64,000 nt of DNA from Bacteroidota bacterium (GTDB taxonomy: Bacteria; Bacteroidota; Bacteroidia; Flavobacteriales_D; Crocinitomicaceae): assembly GCA_041179525.1 (NCBI GenBank), contig JBEGTG010000001.1, positions 11,806-75,805 on the forward strand, given 5' to 3'. This document shows, piece after piece, positions 1-10,212 of the stretch. The notes below the pieces were generated by a model. That model searched no databases, was not told where the DNA came from, and saw nothing but the letters and a program-made list of their open reading frames with translations. Made by a program: the position numbers and the translations under genes. Numbering within the stretch: position 1 is the stretch's first letter; each line of letters starts with the position of its first letter.

Positions 1-765
1 GATGCAGGTATTGGCAAAGAATTCACAAAAATACTCAAAAAAGAAGGCTTTAAGTTCCATATGGAGCACAAAGTAATTGGTGTGGTCAATAACGGCAAAC
101 AAGTTGTACTGACCGCCGAAAATAAAAAAGGAGAGCAAGTCACGTTAGAGGCCGATTATTGCCTCGTTGCTGTAGGCCGCAAAGCTTATACAGACGGCTT
201 AGGCCTTGAAAAAGCAGGCTTACAAGTCAATCAACGTGGCCAAGTAGAGGTCAATGACCATTTACAAACAGCGGTTGGGCATATTTATGCCATTGGCGAT
301 GTTGTGCGCGGTGCCATGCTCGCCCACAAAGCCGAAGAAGAAGGTGTTTTTGTTGCAGAACAAATCGCTGGACAAAAACCGCACATCAATTACAACCTGA
401 TTCCTGGTGTTGTTTATACTTGGCCAGAAATTGCTGCAGTAGGGCAAACTGAAGAAGAGCTCAAAGCTGCCGGACGCGCCTACAAAGCAGGTTCTTTCCC
501 TATCAAAGCATTGGGTAGAGCACGCGCTAGCATGGATACCAGTGGTTTTATCAAAATTTTAGCCGACGCCGAAACCGATGAAATTTTAGGTGTACACATG
601 ATCGCACCACGTGCTGCCGACCTCATTATGGAAGCCGTAACTGCCATGGAATACCGTGCTTCTGCTGAAGACATCGCGCGCATTTGTCATGGTCACCCTA
701 CTTATTCTGAAGCGATCAAAGAAGCTGCGCTTGCCGCTACTGCAGACCGCGCCCTACATATCTAA
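1..765 (+). CDS. lpdA: Dihydrolipoyl dehydrogenase (E3), C-terminal part; the 5' end lies upstream of the window
   Basis: Frame 1 is open from base 1 (DAGIGKEFTKILKKEGFKFHM...). Motifs YAIGDVVRGAMLAHKAEEEG and CHGHPTYSEAIKEAA are typical of the pyridine nucleotide-disulfide oxidoreductase dimerisation domain. Confidence 0.9.
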   Translation, partial: DAGIGKEFTKILKKEGFKFHMEHKVIGVVNNGKQVVLTAENKKGEQVTLEADYCLVAVGRKAYTDGLGLEKAGLQVNQRGQVEVNDHLQTAVGHIYAIGDVVRGAMLAHKAEEEGVFVAEQIAGQKPHINYNLIPGVVYTWPEIAAVGQTEEELKAAGRAYKAGSFPIKALGRARASMDTSGFIKILADAETDEILGVHMIAPRAADLIMEAVTAMEYRASAEDIARICHGHPTYSEAIKEAALAATADRALHI

Positions 766-1146
766 TCAAGGCTGAGGACTGAACGCATCTATGATGTGAG
801 TCAGATCGGTATGGTTGCTGTTGTGCACAATAGACAAGACATCAAAACGCACCTCAAAAGGCCATTCAATGGATTTAGCAAAGTAGTTTGCTACCCTAAT
901 CAACTGTTTTTGCTTGGTCAAATTGACGGCGCGCCAAGGCTCCCCGAGCTCCGCACTGTGCCGTGTTTTGACCTCTACGACCACCAACGTTTGCCCATCG
1001 GTCATGATCAGATCGATTTCCATGCGGTTGAATTTGTAGTTTCGGGCTTTTAGGCCGTAACCAAGGCCCAACAAATGCGCCAAAGCATAGGCTTCTCCCC
1101 ATTTGCCGAGCACGTCGTGCTTCATGTCTGAATTTCTTTGTGTCAT
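766..1146 (-). CDS. YraN (UPF0102) family endonuclease-like protein
   Basis: 126 aa. GEAYALAHLL..GY.....NYKFNRMEIDLI......LVVVEVKTR is the YraN pattern. ATG start. Confidence 0.8.
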   Translation of the reverse strand: MTQRNSDMKHDVLGKWGEAYALAHLLGLGYGLKARNYKFNRMEIDLIMTDGQTLVVVEVKTRHSAELGEPWRAVNLTKQKQLIRVANYFAKSIEWPFEVRFDVLSIVHNSNHTDLTHIIDAFSPQP

Positions 1147-1196
1147 CAGAACGAAATTAAGCCGAAATTGCCCTTATCTTTACAGTGAAAATACGT

Positions 1197-2429
1197 ATGC
1201 GCAAACAATTTATCAAGAATATCAAAGGGCTTGTTCAAGCAGGCGAAGACCTTCCAATGGTGCTGCGTGGCACCCAAATGAACCACCTACCCATCATCGA
1301 AAATGCTTACTTGGCCTTGGAAGACAACGAAGTCATTGCCTATGGCCCAATGGACGAATGGCCTGGTATCACCGACTGGCGCGATGTAGAGGTCATTGAC
1401 GCCAGCAATTGCTACGTGCTGCCAGCATTCATCGATTCGCATACCCACACTGTTTTTGCTGCCAGCCGAGAAGAAGAATTTGTCGACCGCATCAACGGCC
1501 TGAGCTACGAAGAAATCGCGGCTAAAGGTGGTGGCATCCTCAATTCTGCCAAAAAACTCAGCGAGTTATCAGAAGAAGCACTCTTCGAAGCTGCGCGAGT
1601 ACGCCTTCAAAAAATACAGGCAGCCGGAACAGGTGCACTTGAAATCAAGTCAGGCTATGGCTTGAGTGTAGAAGGTGAACTCAAAATGTTGCGGGTTATC
1701 AAACAACTGAAAGAAAGCGCGCCCATCGCTATCAAGGCAACATTTCTAGGTGCACACGCCATACCACAAGCATACAAAGACAAGCGCGAAGCCTATATCT
1801 CGCTTTTGATCAACGATATCTTGCCGGTCATTGCAGCGGAGCAACTCGCAGACTACATCGATGTATTTTGTGAGCGCAATTATTTCAGTACTGCCGAAAT
1901 GGAACAAATACTCGACGCTGGTGCGCAGTACGGCCTCAAACCGAAAGTACATGTCAATCAGTTTTCAGTATTGGGTGGCGTACCTGCAGCTATAGCAAAA
2001 GGGGCCATCTCTGTAGACCACCTCGAAGAACTCGACCAAAACGACCTCCACGCCTTAGCCAATAGCAATTGTGTGGCCACGCTTTTACCAGGTTGTTCAC
2101 ATTTCTTATCAATCCCTTTTGGCGCAGCAAAAGAGCTAATGGCTGCCGATGCAATTGTTGCGCTTGCCAGCGATTTCAATCCGGGCTCGTCGCCGAGTTA
2201 TGACCTCATGCACGTCCTATCTTTGGCCTGCATCAAAATGAAAATGACACCAGAAGCCGCCATCAATGCCCTGACCATCAACGCGGCAGCTGCCCTAGAG
2301 CTCGGGCAAACACATGGCCAAATTGCATTGGGCAGAAAATCTCCAATTCTCCTGACAAACGAAGTGCCTTCCTTGGCTTATTTGGCATATGCCTACACAG
2401 AAAAACACATTCAACGTGTTTTTATTTGA
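1197..2429 (+). CDS. hutI: Imidazolonepropionase
   Basis: IDSHTHTVFAASREEEF, KVHVNQFS and ALASDFNPGSSP are amidohydrolase metal-ligand motifs typical of HutI. The track ORF starts at GTG 1185; the first ATG is at 1197. Confidence 0.85.
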   Translation: MRKQFIKNIKGLVQAGEDLPMVLRGTQMNHLPIIENAYLALEDNEVIAYGPMDEWPGITDWRDVEVIDASNCYVLPAFIDSHTHTVFAASREEEFVDRINGLSYEEIAAKGGGILNSAKKLSELSEEALFEAARVRLQKIQAAGTGALEIKSGYGLSVEGELKMLRVIKQLKESAPIAIKATFLGAHAIPQAYKDKREAYISLLINDILPVIAAEQLADYIDVFCERNYFSTAEMEQILDAGAQYGLKPKVHVNQFSVLGGVPAAIAKGAISVDHLEELDQNDLHALANSNCVATLLPGCSHFLSIPFGAAKELMAADAIVALASDFNPGSSPSYDLMHVLSLACIKMKMTPEAAINALTINAAAALELGQTHGQIALGRKSPILLTNEVPSLAYLAYAYTEKHIQRVFI

Positions 2430-2443
2430 TTAACTTTGAATAC

Positions 2444-3664
2444 ATGCGTTCGGTACTCATTTTATTGGCTTTACTCAGCTCCAATTTAGGGCTAGCCCAA
2501 CTCATGGAGCTCAACAAAGAACTCCTCTGGGAAGTCACACACCCTAAGTCCGGCGTAAAATCTTACCTTTTCGGCACACTTCATGCCAACGATCGCGAAC
2601 TTTTCGAACTCTCAGACAGCGTTTATATTGCTTTTGATCAGGCGCAAAAAATAGTACTCGAGACCGACATCTACAGTCTTTTCTCGACCATGGACACCCG
2701 TAAAAATTTACCCGAAACCCGCTTCGACGACAAAGGTAAATCTTACACAAGCCTCATCATGACCTCCCAAACCCTTTACGGAACAGAAGATGGTATGCCG
2801 CAGTTTTTAGATGCCTATTTTCAAGTCTTAGGCCTCCAATTGGGTAAAGAAACCATAGCACTCGAAAAAGTCGAGGAGCAATACGCTTTGTCTAATGAGT
2901 TTAAGCTCAGCGAGCGCCGTATCCTGGACAACCAAATCAATGCGTTCACACAAGAAAAACTGCTCGAACTCTATTTGCGCGGAGACCTCGATGCGCTGCA
3001 GCGCTTCATGAAATCATACCTTTCTGTTCAAGACAAGCTCTACGACGAAGTCATTGTGAAGCGCAACCAACAAATGCTCGACAAACTGCTCGAGCTGCTC
3101 AAGACACCGCAGTCCTTCTTTTGCGCCGTTGGCGCGGGCCATTTAGGTGGCGAAGAAGGTTTGTTGCAACTCTTGCGTGCACGTGGCTACAAAGTACGAG
3201 CAGTACGCTGGACCATCAGCGAGCAAGCGCCACAGAGCAAGCGCTTGATCAAAAAACAAACTGAATCCATTTACGTTGATCAAAAATCTGGTTTAGTGGC
3301 TAAATTTCCTGGCAAACCGCTTGCACAAACCCTCCCCGACGGTTCGCTCAAACTCATTTACCGCGAGCTCGGCCAAGGCAATACCTTTGAAGTCAATATT
3401 CAACTCCTCGACACCACTATTTCTGCTGAGGAAATCGCCAGCATTTACATCAACCCTCCTTCCGGAGCCACCATGACCAAAAAAACTTTAAGCGATGGCT
3501 CAATTGTCTTTCAAGGCCTTTCGGATACCTACCCAGAAGGGCTTAATTATGTGCAGATTCAATTTGGCGCCAACTACTTTGCCATCATCAAATCATACGG
3601 CGGTCATAAATTCATGCATTCCAATCGTCCTTTATCCTTCTTCGATAAGGTTTGGTTTGAGTGA
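2444..3664 (+). CDS. TraB/GumN family protein, secreted
   Basis: LWEVTHPKSGVKSYLFGTLHANDRELF is a GumN-type N-terminal motif. ATG 2444 yields a signal peptide (MRSVLILLALLSSNLGLAQ); the track start at 2426 is TTG. Confidence 0.7.
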   Translation: MRSVLILLALLSSNLGLAQLMELNKELLWEVTHPKSGVKSYLFGTLHANDRELFELSDSVYIAFDQAQKIVLETDIYSLFSTMDTRKNLPETRFDDKGKSYTSLIMTSQTLYGTEDGMPQFLDAYFQVLGLQLGKETIALEKVEEQYALSNEFKLSERRILDNQINAFTQEKLLELYLRGDLDALQRFMKSYLSVQDKLYDEVIVKRNQQMLDKLLELLKTPQSFFCAVGAGHLGGEEGLLQLLRARGYKVRAVRWTISEQAPQSKRLIKKQTESIYVDQKSGLVAKFPGKPLAQTLPDGSLKLIYRELGQGNTFEVNIQLLDTTISAEEIASIYINPPSGATMTKKTLSDGSIVFQGLSDTYPEGLNYVQIQFGANYFAIIKSYGGHKFMHSNRPLSFFDKVWFE

Positions 3665-3681
3665 GTTAACAACATAGGCGC

Positions 3682-6480
3682 ATGAAATTTCTGGATCAAC
3701 TGGCCAAAGACATCCTTCAAAAAGGACACGACCCCAAAAACCTGACCGTTCTACTGCCCTCCGAGCGCGCCAAACGCTATTTGCTCAATGCGCTGTTCAA
3801 CGCCAACAACGGGCCATTGATTTCGCCTCATATCCTCACGATTGACCAATGGGTCGCCGCTTTGTGTCCGCAGCAAATCATGCACCCAACCAAAGCCCTA
3901 CTTGAGCTCTACAAGATTTATCAGAATACCCTCAAAGAAGAAGCACTTTCTTTTGAAGATTACCTCACTTGGGGGCCTATTTTGCTCTCGGACTTCGATG
4001 ACGTAGACCGCTATTTAGTGGATCATCAACAACTTTATAAAAACCTAGCTTCTATCAAGGCTTTGGAAAGTTGGCAAATCGATGAAGAGAACTATTCTGC
4101 TTCTCAAAAGAAATTCATGCTGTTTTGGGAACTCATCCCACAGCTCCACGAAGGGCTGCAGCAAAGATTCAAAGCACTTAAAGGTTGCAGCAAGGCCCAA
4201 GCCTACCGGCAACTCGCCGAGAACCCGACGCAGTATCTCGATGACAACATGCACTATCTTTTCGTCGGCTTCAATGCTTTGTCGGCCGCTGAACAGCGCA
4301 TCATCAAATTTCTTATCGATAAAAAACAGGCTGAATTCATCATCGATTCAGACCAATTTTACCTGAACAATAAATTTCACGAAGCAGGACACTTCCAACG
4401 CAAAAATTTGCAATTTTTTGGTCAAAAAGAACCCGAAAACCTACGCAATGCCTTACAAACGGCTAGCTATAAGGTCAAAGTGATTGAATGCGCCCAACAT
4501 ATCGGCCAAGTAAAGGTATTGGCCACCGAACTGCTTGAAAATCCGGTTGCAGACTGGAGCGAAGTATTGGTGCTCTTGGCAGACGAAGATTTGGTTCATG
4601 CTGCCATTCGCAATATTCCCAAAATAGTGGGGCAAGCCAACATTACACTGGGGCTTCCGCTCGATCAAACACCTGTCAGAACTTGGGTAGACCTCTGCTT
4701 CCAACTCCAAGAAAATCAGCTCAAATTCAAGACCAAATCGCTGTATTACAAAGATTTTCAGCGCTTCTGTCATCATGCCTTTACCACGCTTGCTTTTGAT
4801 CAAAAACAACAAGCACAATTGGCCGCAGCAGAGCACAGAACTGTCAAGAATAACCGCGTTTTTCAAAACGTAGATCAGCTCCAACTAGACCCACAACTTC
4901 TTGAAGTCATTCGGATTCTTGCGGCGTCCTGGGATGCAGATTGGCCTAAAGCACTGCAGCAAATGCGCCAACTCAATCGCATCTTACTGGAATACATCCC
5001 AGAAGCCAACGACTTTGAACGCACTGCATTGCTTTCTTTTGAACTAGCTTGTCGTCAGTTTGAAAATTTCGTAGATGCCGATTTTCCGCAAATGGCCCTG
5101 AGCAGCTTTAAAAAATTATTTTACCAACACTGGACCCGCAGCAACCTCGCTTACCTAGGGAGCCCAACTGCCGGTTTGCAACTCACCGGTTTACTCGAAA
5201 CCCGCTTGCTCGATTTCGAGCGCATTTACGTACTTGGCATGAACGAAGGCAAGTTGCCGCCCACCAACCCCATCCAGAGTATTATTCCAATGGACCTCCG
5301 CGCGGCTTTTGGCATGCCTAATAACCGCGATAAACAAGGACTCTTTGCCCAACACTTTTACAGGTTACTGCATCACGCACGCGAACTAGTGTTTACGTAT
5401 ACCTCGACAAGTGAGGTCTTGGGTAGTCATGAGCGCAGCCGCTACCTTTTGCAGCTCAAAATGGAATGGTTGCAGCAAAATCAACAAGTCAGTTGGCAAG
5501 AATTCTTCTATCAAATTCCGGCAGCAACACAAAATAGCACGCAAACCCTGATCCCCAAGACACCCGCCATCCAAGCGCGCATCCAAGCCTACTTGGCAGG
5601 AAATGTCTCCGCATCAGCTTTGCGCAAATACATCGCTTGCCCTCTTGATTTCTATTATCGCTATGTAGTGGAGTTCGGCGAAGAAGATGAAGTAGAAGAA
5701 GACATCGCAGCGAGCACTTTTGGCTCACTCATACACAATTGCCTAGAGGAGCTCTATACACCATACGCACAACGCGACAAACAAGGTGCTGTCGTACAAC
5801 CCGCACCGGGGCCTTTAACCGAAAAGGCAATTGCAAAAATGCTCACTACATATCCGGCTGTATTGCACAAGTATTTCTTGAACTACTTTGATCAAAACGA
5901 AACGCTCTTTTCACGCGGAAAAAACCTGCTCAGCTTTGAAATGGCGCTCGACCTCACCAAACAAAAGTTGCTCAAAGAACTAGAATTTGTGAAGTCGCTG
6001 CAAGAGCCACTTTATATCATCCAGCTCGAGGCCAAGTTTGAACTTGCTCAGACGGTTCAGCTCGAAAACGAAATCATTCCCATCCATTTTGTAGGCTATA
6101 TTGACCGCATAGATTGCATCGGCCAAGATCATTACCGTGTCATTGACTACAAATCGGGGAAAGTCCAAGAAAGCCAAGTCAAGATCTCGACCAAAGAAGA
6201 TCCATACACCAACCTTAGCAAGCCCAAACATGCACTACAGCTTTGTCTGTATACCATGTTTTTCCAAGAGCGATTTGGCCATCTGCCGACAGAAGCGCGC
6301 ATTGAATCGCTGATCAACCGCGACGACAACTTTGCGCTCAGTATCGACAAGCAAACGCAACTCAATCAAGTGCCTGAGCTATTTAAAAGTGGGATTCAAA
6401 CACTCGTCAAGGAATTACTCAATGCTGAGCTTCCATTTACGCATCTAGAAGAGGCTAAATACTGCCAATTTTGCGCATAA
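3682..6480 (+). CDS. PD-(D/E)XK nuclease superfamily protein, AddB/RexB-like
   Basis: 932 aa. C-terminal RecB-type nuclease motif GYIDRIDCIG...RVIDYKSGK...QLCLYT. Upstream Cys in YIACPLDFYYRYV and terminal CQFCA. Confidence 0.7.
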   Translation: MKFLDQLAKDILQKGHDPKNLTVLLPSERAKRYLLNALFNANNGPLISPHILTIDQWVAALCPQQIMHPTKALLELYKIYQNTLKEEALSFEDYLTWGPILLSDFDDVDRYLVDHQQLYKNLASIKALESWQIDEENYSASQKKFMLFWELIPQLHEGLQQRFKALKGCSKAQAYRQLAENPTQYLDDNMHYLFVGFNALSAAEQRIIKFLIDKKQAEFIIDSDQFYLNNKFHEAGHFQRKNLQFFGQKEPENLRNALQTASYKVKVIECAQHIGQVKVLATELLENPVADWSEVLVLLADEDLVHAAIRNIPKIVGQANITLGLPLDQTPVRTWVDLCFQLQENQLKFKTKSLYYKDFQRFCHHAFTTLAFDQKQQAQLAAAEHRTVKNNRVFQNVDQLQLDPQLLEVIRILAASWDADWPKALQQMRQLNRILLEYIPEANDFERTALLSFELACRQFENFVDADFPQMALSSFKKLFYQHWTRSNLAYLGSPTAGLQLTGLLETRLLDFERIYVLGMNEGKLPPTNPIQSIIPMDLRAAFGMPNNRDKQGLFAQHFYRLLHHARELVFTYTSTSEVLGSHERSRYLLQLKMEWLQQNQQVSWQEFFYQIPAATQNSTQTLIPKTPAIQARIQAYLAGNVSASALRKYIACPLDFYYRYVVEFGEEDEVEEDIAASTFGSLIHNCLEELYTPYAQRDKQGAVVQPAPGPLTEKAIAKMLTTYPAVLHKYFLNYFDQNETLFSRGKNLLSFEMALDLTKQKLLKELEFVKSLQEPLYIIQLEAKFELAQTVQLENEIIPIHFVGYIDRIDCIGQDHYRVIDYKSGKVQESQVKISTKEDPYTNLSKPKHALQLCLYTMFFQERFGHLPTEARIESLINRDDNFALSIDKQTQLNQVPELFKSGIQTLVKELLNAELPFTHLEEAKYCQFCA

Positions 6481-6483
6481 AAA

Positions 6484-6510
6484 AACCTGGAAGGCTATTC
6501 CAGGTTTTTC
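6484..6510 (+). terminator. Rho-independent terminator after the AddB-like gene
   Basis: Stem aacctgg (6484-6490) pairs with ccaggtt (6500-6506). 9-nt loop, followed by a T run. Confidence 0.6.
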
Positions 6511-6585
6511 TGCAAGATAATTAAAACCAAAATGAACAATGACTTGCTCTTTTCTTACAGACGAGCGTCCGTGCGATTTGGTTGC

Positions 6586-6993
6586 TTAGTATAATTCTAA
6601 TTTGAGCGCTGAACGGTAATCTTTGATTTCTTCGCGGTTGATTTTGTGCTCTGCGTTCTTGAGAAGGTTCAAGAAATAAAGTAAATTTTCTTTGTCGTCG
6701 ATTTCAATTGGATATTCGTTGCCTTCTTCATCTTCTTCGTATTGCGCCTCTACATCAAAACATTCGTTTTCTTGAAGAAACTCATAAGTAAGACGCAAAG
6801 ATTTCACGACCAAAGGATCTTGTTCAAGCAAAGCCATTTCTCTGAGTTCTTTGAGTTCGTCGATCAATTTGGGAGCCTCTAGGCCCTTCTTTTCGACGTT
6901 GGCAATGATTTGTTCAAGTTTTTGATTGGCGCGCAATGTTTTCATATTCTCTAAATTGAGCAACAAATTTAGTGCATTTCCCGAAATAAACAT
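6586..6993 (-). CDS. Hypothetical acidic helical protein
   Basis: 135-aa ORF with no recognised motif. Alternative ATG at 6945 (MKTLRANQ...). Confidence 0.45.
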   Translation of the reverse strand: MFISGNALNLLLNLENMKTLRANQKLEQIIANVEKKGLEAPKLIDELKELREMALLEQDPLVVKSLRLTYEFLQENECFDVEAQYEEDEEGNEYPIEIDDKENLLYFLNLLKNAEHKINREEIKDYRSALKLELY

Positions 6994-7057
6994 CGCGCTG
7001 TCCGTAACATTAGTCCACTTGAAGCATTTCTAGCACATTAAAAGCTATTTTTGTTAC

Positions 7058-7720
7058 ATGGATATGGTCTTCCACGCGTTTTCTATTGGCCTGATATTAT
7101 CATTGATTCCCGGCCCTGTCTTTTTTGTGCTGCTCGAAAACAGCATTACAAAAGGGATCAGGAGCGCATTGGCAATTGATTTTGGCGTCATGCTCAGCGA
7201 CGTCGTTTACATCCTTTTATCGGTGCTATTTGTCGAACAGATCAATTCTTTACTGACTGGCAAAAACAAAGAACTTTTTGACCTACTCGGCGGGCTCATT
7301 TTCATCGTTTTCGGGATTGTCAATTTATTCAAGAAGTCCAAAATGCACAATGGCGATCAAGAATTGGAGGAAGTTACAGAGAAATACCACCTCGGGGAAA
7401 GCGCCAATCCGCAAAAGAATTTCGGCCTCATGATTGCCAAAGGGTTTTTACTCAATTTTGCCAATCCACTCGTCATCTTTTACTGGCTGAGTGTCGCCTC
7501 TGTCGCCAAACGCGAAAGCCCCGACGACAGCAACGGTTTCTTGTTTTTGTTTTTAGGCATCATCCTCACGACCTTCATCTCTTTTGATATTGTCAAAATC
7601 ATCACCGCCAAAAAAATCAGGAATTTAGTGACTTACAAATTGCTCAATTTACTCAACAAATTCATCGGCAGCGTTTTTATAGCCTTTGGGTTATTTTTCA
7701 TTTTTCGCGTCATTTTCTAA
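7058..7720 (+). CDS. LysE/RhtB family amino-acid translocator
   Basis: 220 aa, about 6 TM segments. The N-terminal F..G..LSLIPGPV motif is typical of LysE. Confidence 0.75.
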   Translation: MDMVFHAFSIGLILSLIPGPVFFVLLENSITKGIRSALAIDFGVMLSDVVYILLSVLFVEQINSLLTGKNKELFDLLGGLIFIVFGIVNLFKKSKMHNGDQELEEVTEKYHLGESANPQKNFGLMIAKGFLLNFANPLVIFYWLSVASVAKRESPDDSNGFLFLFLGIILTTFISFDIVKIITAKKIRNLVTYKLLNLLNKFIGSVFIAFGLFFIFRVIF

Positions 7721-7727
7721 GCCTCTT

Positions 7728-9437
7728 ATGCGCAGCAAAATCCTTGTCATATTTATTTGTCTCATTGGTGGCGCTTTGGGTCAGGAAGTCAAGGTGCTCA
7801 AAGAAAACCTGAGTCCTAAAGTGCGTATTTTCTGGGATGCTCAAAACAAACATATGCAGGGCTATGGCGCTTACTTTACTAGTGTAGCCACTCCTCAAAC
7901 CACTGAGAAGCATGGCAAATGGCTCTTCTACTCCTATGACGGTATTTTAGAGGAAGAAGCAAATTACTATCGCAATCGGCTTTATGGCAAGCGCAACTTT
8001 TATTACCCAAACAAACAATTGAAACAAGAATCCTATTTCAAATTCAATGTTCCAGATTCCATTTACCGCGAATATGCTGAAGATGGCAAAATACAAGTCC
8101 GCGGACAATTCGAATTAGGCAGCCCTATCGGTATTTGGGAGTATTTCTATGCCGACGGACATCCAAAATCAATAGAATTGGTGCAAAATGACACCGTTTA
8201 CCTTCAAGCGTATTGGAAGGAAGACAGCACGCACCAACAAACTATCAAAGACGGTAACGGACAAATCATCAACTATTTTGTAGATGGTACAGTCAAAGAA
8301 TTGTACACTTTTCGTGATGGCTTAAAAACAGGTCCTTTCGAAGAGCGCACTGCAAATGGCGTATTATCTGTTGGCGGCGCTTTTCAAAAAGGCAAGAAGG
8401 ATGGTACTTGGGAATTTTATCGCTTTGACGGCATGCTTGAAAAGAGAGTTGCCTACCGTGCAGACTCCTTAGATGGTGAATATTTAGTCATGGCCAACCA
8501 AACCGACACCCTGACCTCCGGGACCTATGAAATGGGCTTGAAAACCAAGCAATGGAAATGGTTTACAGAAGAGGGAAAACTGGATATGGAAGGCTATTTT
8601 GACAAAGGCAAACAAGATAGCGTCTGGCATTATTACTTCTCCAACGGACAACTCTCTTATGTTGCGCATTTCAAATCCGACTTGCGCACTGGCAATTGGA
8701 CCTACTACTATCCAAATGGCGCTTTGTATCGCACCGGGGCTTACCTCAATGACTTGCGCAATGGAACTTGGCAAACTTGGTACGAAGATTCTACACTCTT
8801 GATGAGTGGAAAATACCTCAACGGGAAGGAAGAAGGCGAATGGCTCAATTACTGGGAAAGCGGGCGCCTCAAAGACAAAACAACTTTTCACGAAGGTCTT
8901 CTCGATGGCGCATGGGAATCTTACGCGCCCGATGGCGTGCTCAAACTAAAGGGTACTTACAAAGCGGATCACAAAGTTGGTGAATGGATCAGCTATTTCA
9001 ATAATGGCCGCATCAAGGAGAAGCAACACTACAAAGTTTTTGTCCAAAAAAATGTAGCCGACGGCATGGCCATTATGGGTCTCAAAGAAACGGTAAGTGA
9101 CTTTCATGGATCATATGAAGCGTATTCACAGGTAGATTATCAAATCAAGGAGGCTGGCAAATATTACCACGGGCTCAAACATGGCACTTGGATCAACTAT
9201 TACCCTGGCGGGGTGGTGCCTACAATTGTTTCGCAGTACAAATACGGCAGGCTACACGGTGTGTTCAAGCAATACGACCGCTACGGCAGACTCGTCTATG
9301 AAATCCATTACAAAAACGGACTCAAAGACGGCCCTTTCTTTGCCTACAATGAAAACGGACAGCTCATCAGTAAAAAGATGTTCAGACAAGGCAAAGAACT
9401 TGGCGCAAATGGCCAAGATAGTTTTAGTCCATATTAG
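7728..9437 (+). CDS. Secreted MORN-variant (YwqK-type) repeat protein
   Basis: Many repeats of the form G.W..YY.NG.L..EG.Y..G...G.W. ATG 7728 gives a signal peptide (MRSKILVIFICLIGGALGQ); the track start at 7686 is TTG. Confidence 0.75.
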   Translation: MRSKILVIFICLIGGALGQEVKVLKENLSPKVRIFWDAQNKHMQGYGAYFTSVATPQTTEKHGKWLFYSYDGILEEEANYYRNRLYGKRNFYYPNKQLKQESYFKFNVPDSIYREYAEDGKIQVRGQFELGSPIGIWEYFYADGHPKSIELVQNDTVYLQAYWKEDSTHQQTIKDGNGQIINYFVDGTVKELYTFRDGLKTGPFEERTANGVLSVGGAFQKGKKDGTWEFYRFDGMLEKRVAYRADSLDGEYLVMANQTDTLTSGTYEMGLKTKQWKWFTEEGKLDMEGYFDKGKQDSVWHYYFSNGQLSYVAHFKSDLRTGNWTYYYPNGALYRTGAYLNDLRNGTWQTWYEDSTLLMSGKYLNGKEEGEWLNYWESGRLKDKTTFHEGLLDGAWESYAPDGVLKLKGTYKADHKVGEWISYFNNGRIKEKQHYKVFVQKNVADGMAIMGLKETVSDFHGSYEAYSQVDYQIKEAGKYYHGLKHGTWINYYPGGVVPTIVSQYKYGRLHGVFKQYDRYGRLVYEIHYKNGLKDGPFFAYNENGQLISKKMFRQGKELGANGQDSFSPY

Positions 9438-10212
9438 CAGTTAACTGCTCGATAAAACAGGTCAGTTCAATAAAATCCTCAACACTCAGACGCTCTGGAC
9501 GCTGCTGTTCAAATTTAGCTGGCAGCGGGGCATCTTTTAGCAAGACCCGCAAGGAATTGCGCAAAGTTTTGCGTCTTTGGTTGAACGCTACTTTCACAAC
9601 TTGGAAATATAACTTTTCATCACATGGTAATGCATCGCGCTCGTTGCGCACACAGCGAATGACCCCACTCTTCACTTTTGGCGGCGGGATAAAAACATGT
9701 TCGTCTACAGTGAAACAGTAATGAATGTCATAAAAAGTCTGCAAGAGAACACTAATGATACCGTATTCTTTTGAGCCCGGCTTTTGGGCCACTCTTACAG
9801 CCACTTCTTTTTGAAACATGCCCATAATTTGCGGCACTTGATTGCGGTGCTCAAGGCATTTGAATAAAATCTGAGAGGAAATATTGTACGGGAAATTGCC
9901 GACCACAATAAAAGCATCGTCTCCGAATAGTTCTGCTGGATTCAAGCGCAGAAAATCGCCAAAAAGGATGCGCTCTGCCTGTGCGGGATAGGCCGCGCGC
10001 AAATAATCAATGGACTCTATATCTACATCTAACAACCATAAGTCAATTTCTGGTATTTCCCAGAGGTATTTACTCAAGGCGCCCATTCCTGGGCCAATTT
10101 CTAGTACTTTTCGGGTTTGGTCTGTCCAGATCACTTGATTGGCAATCTTCTGACAAGTACCCGCATCTTTTAGAAAATGCTGACCAAGTTGTTTTTTAGG
10201 CTTTACAATCAT
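9424..10212 (-). CDS. rsmA: 16S rRNA (adenine1518/1519-N6)-dimethyltransferase
   Basis: LGQHFLKD, VLEIGPGMGALS and VVGNFPYNISS. Confidence 0.9.
   Translation of the reverse strand: MIVKPKKQLGQHFLKDAGTCQKIANQVIWTDQTRKVLEIGPGMGALSKYLWEIPEIDLWLLDVDIESIDYLRAAYPAQAERILFGDFLRLNPAELFGDDAFIVVGNFPYNISSQILFKCLEHRNQVPQIMGMFQKEVAVRVAQKPGSKEYGIISVLLQTFYDIHYCFTVDEHVFIPPPKVKSGVIRCVRNERDALPCDEKLYFQVVKVAFNQRRKTLRNSLRVLLKDAPLPAKFEQQRPERLSVEDFIELTCFIEQLTANMD

Noticed and set aside
1103-1399. 98-aa ORF overlapping the yraN start and the hutI 5' end
   Set aside because: It is out of frame with two well-supported genes and has a Cys/Arg-rich implausible composition.
7046-7053. Exact TAnnTTTG (TATTTTTG) upstream of the LysE gene
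   Set aside because: It ends only 4 nt before ATG 7058, which is too close for a normal -7 box unless the mRNA is leaderless or starts at the next ATG (7064). I left it uncalled.
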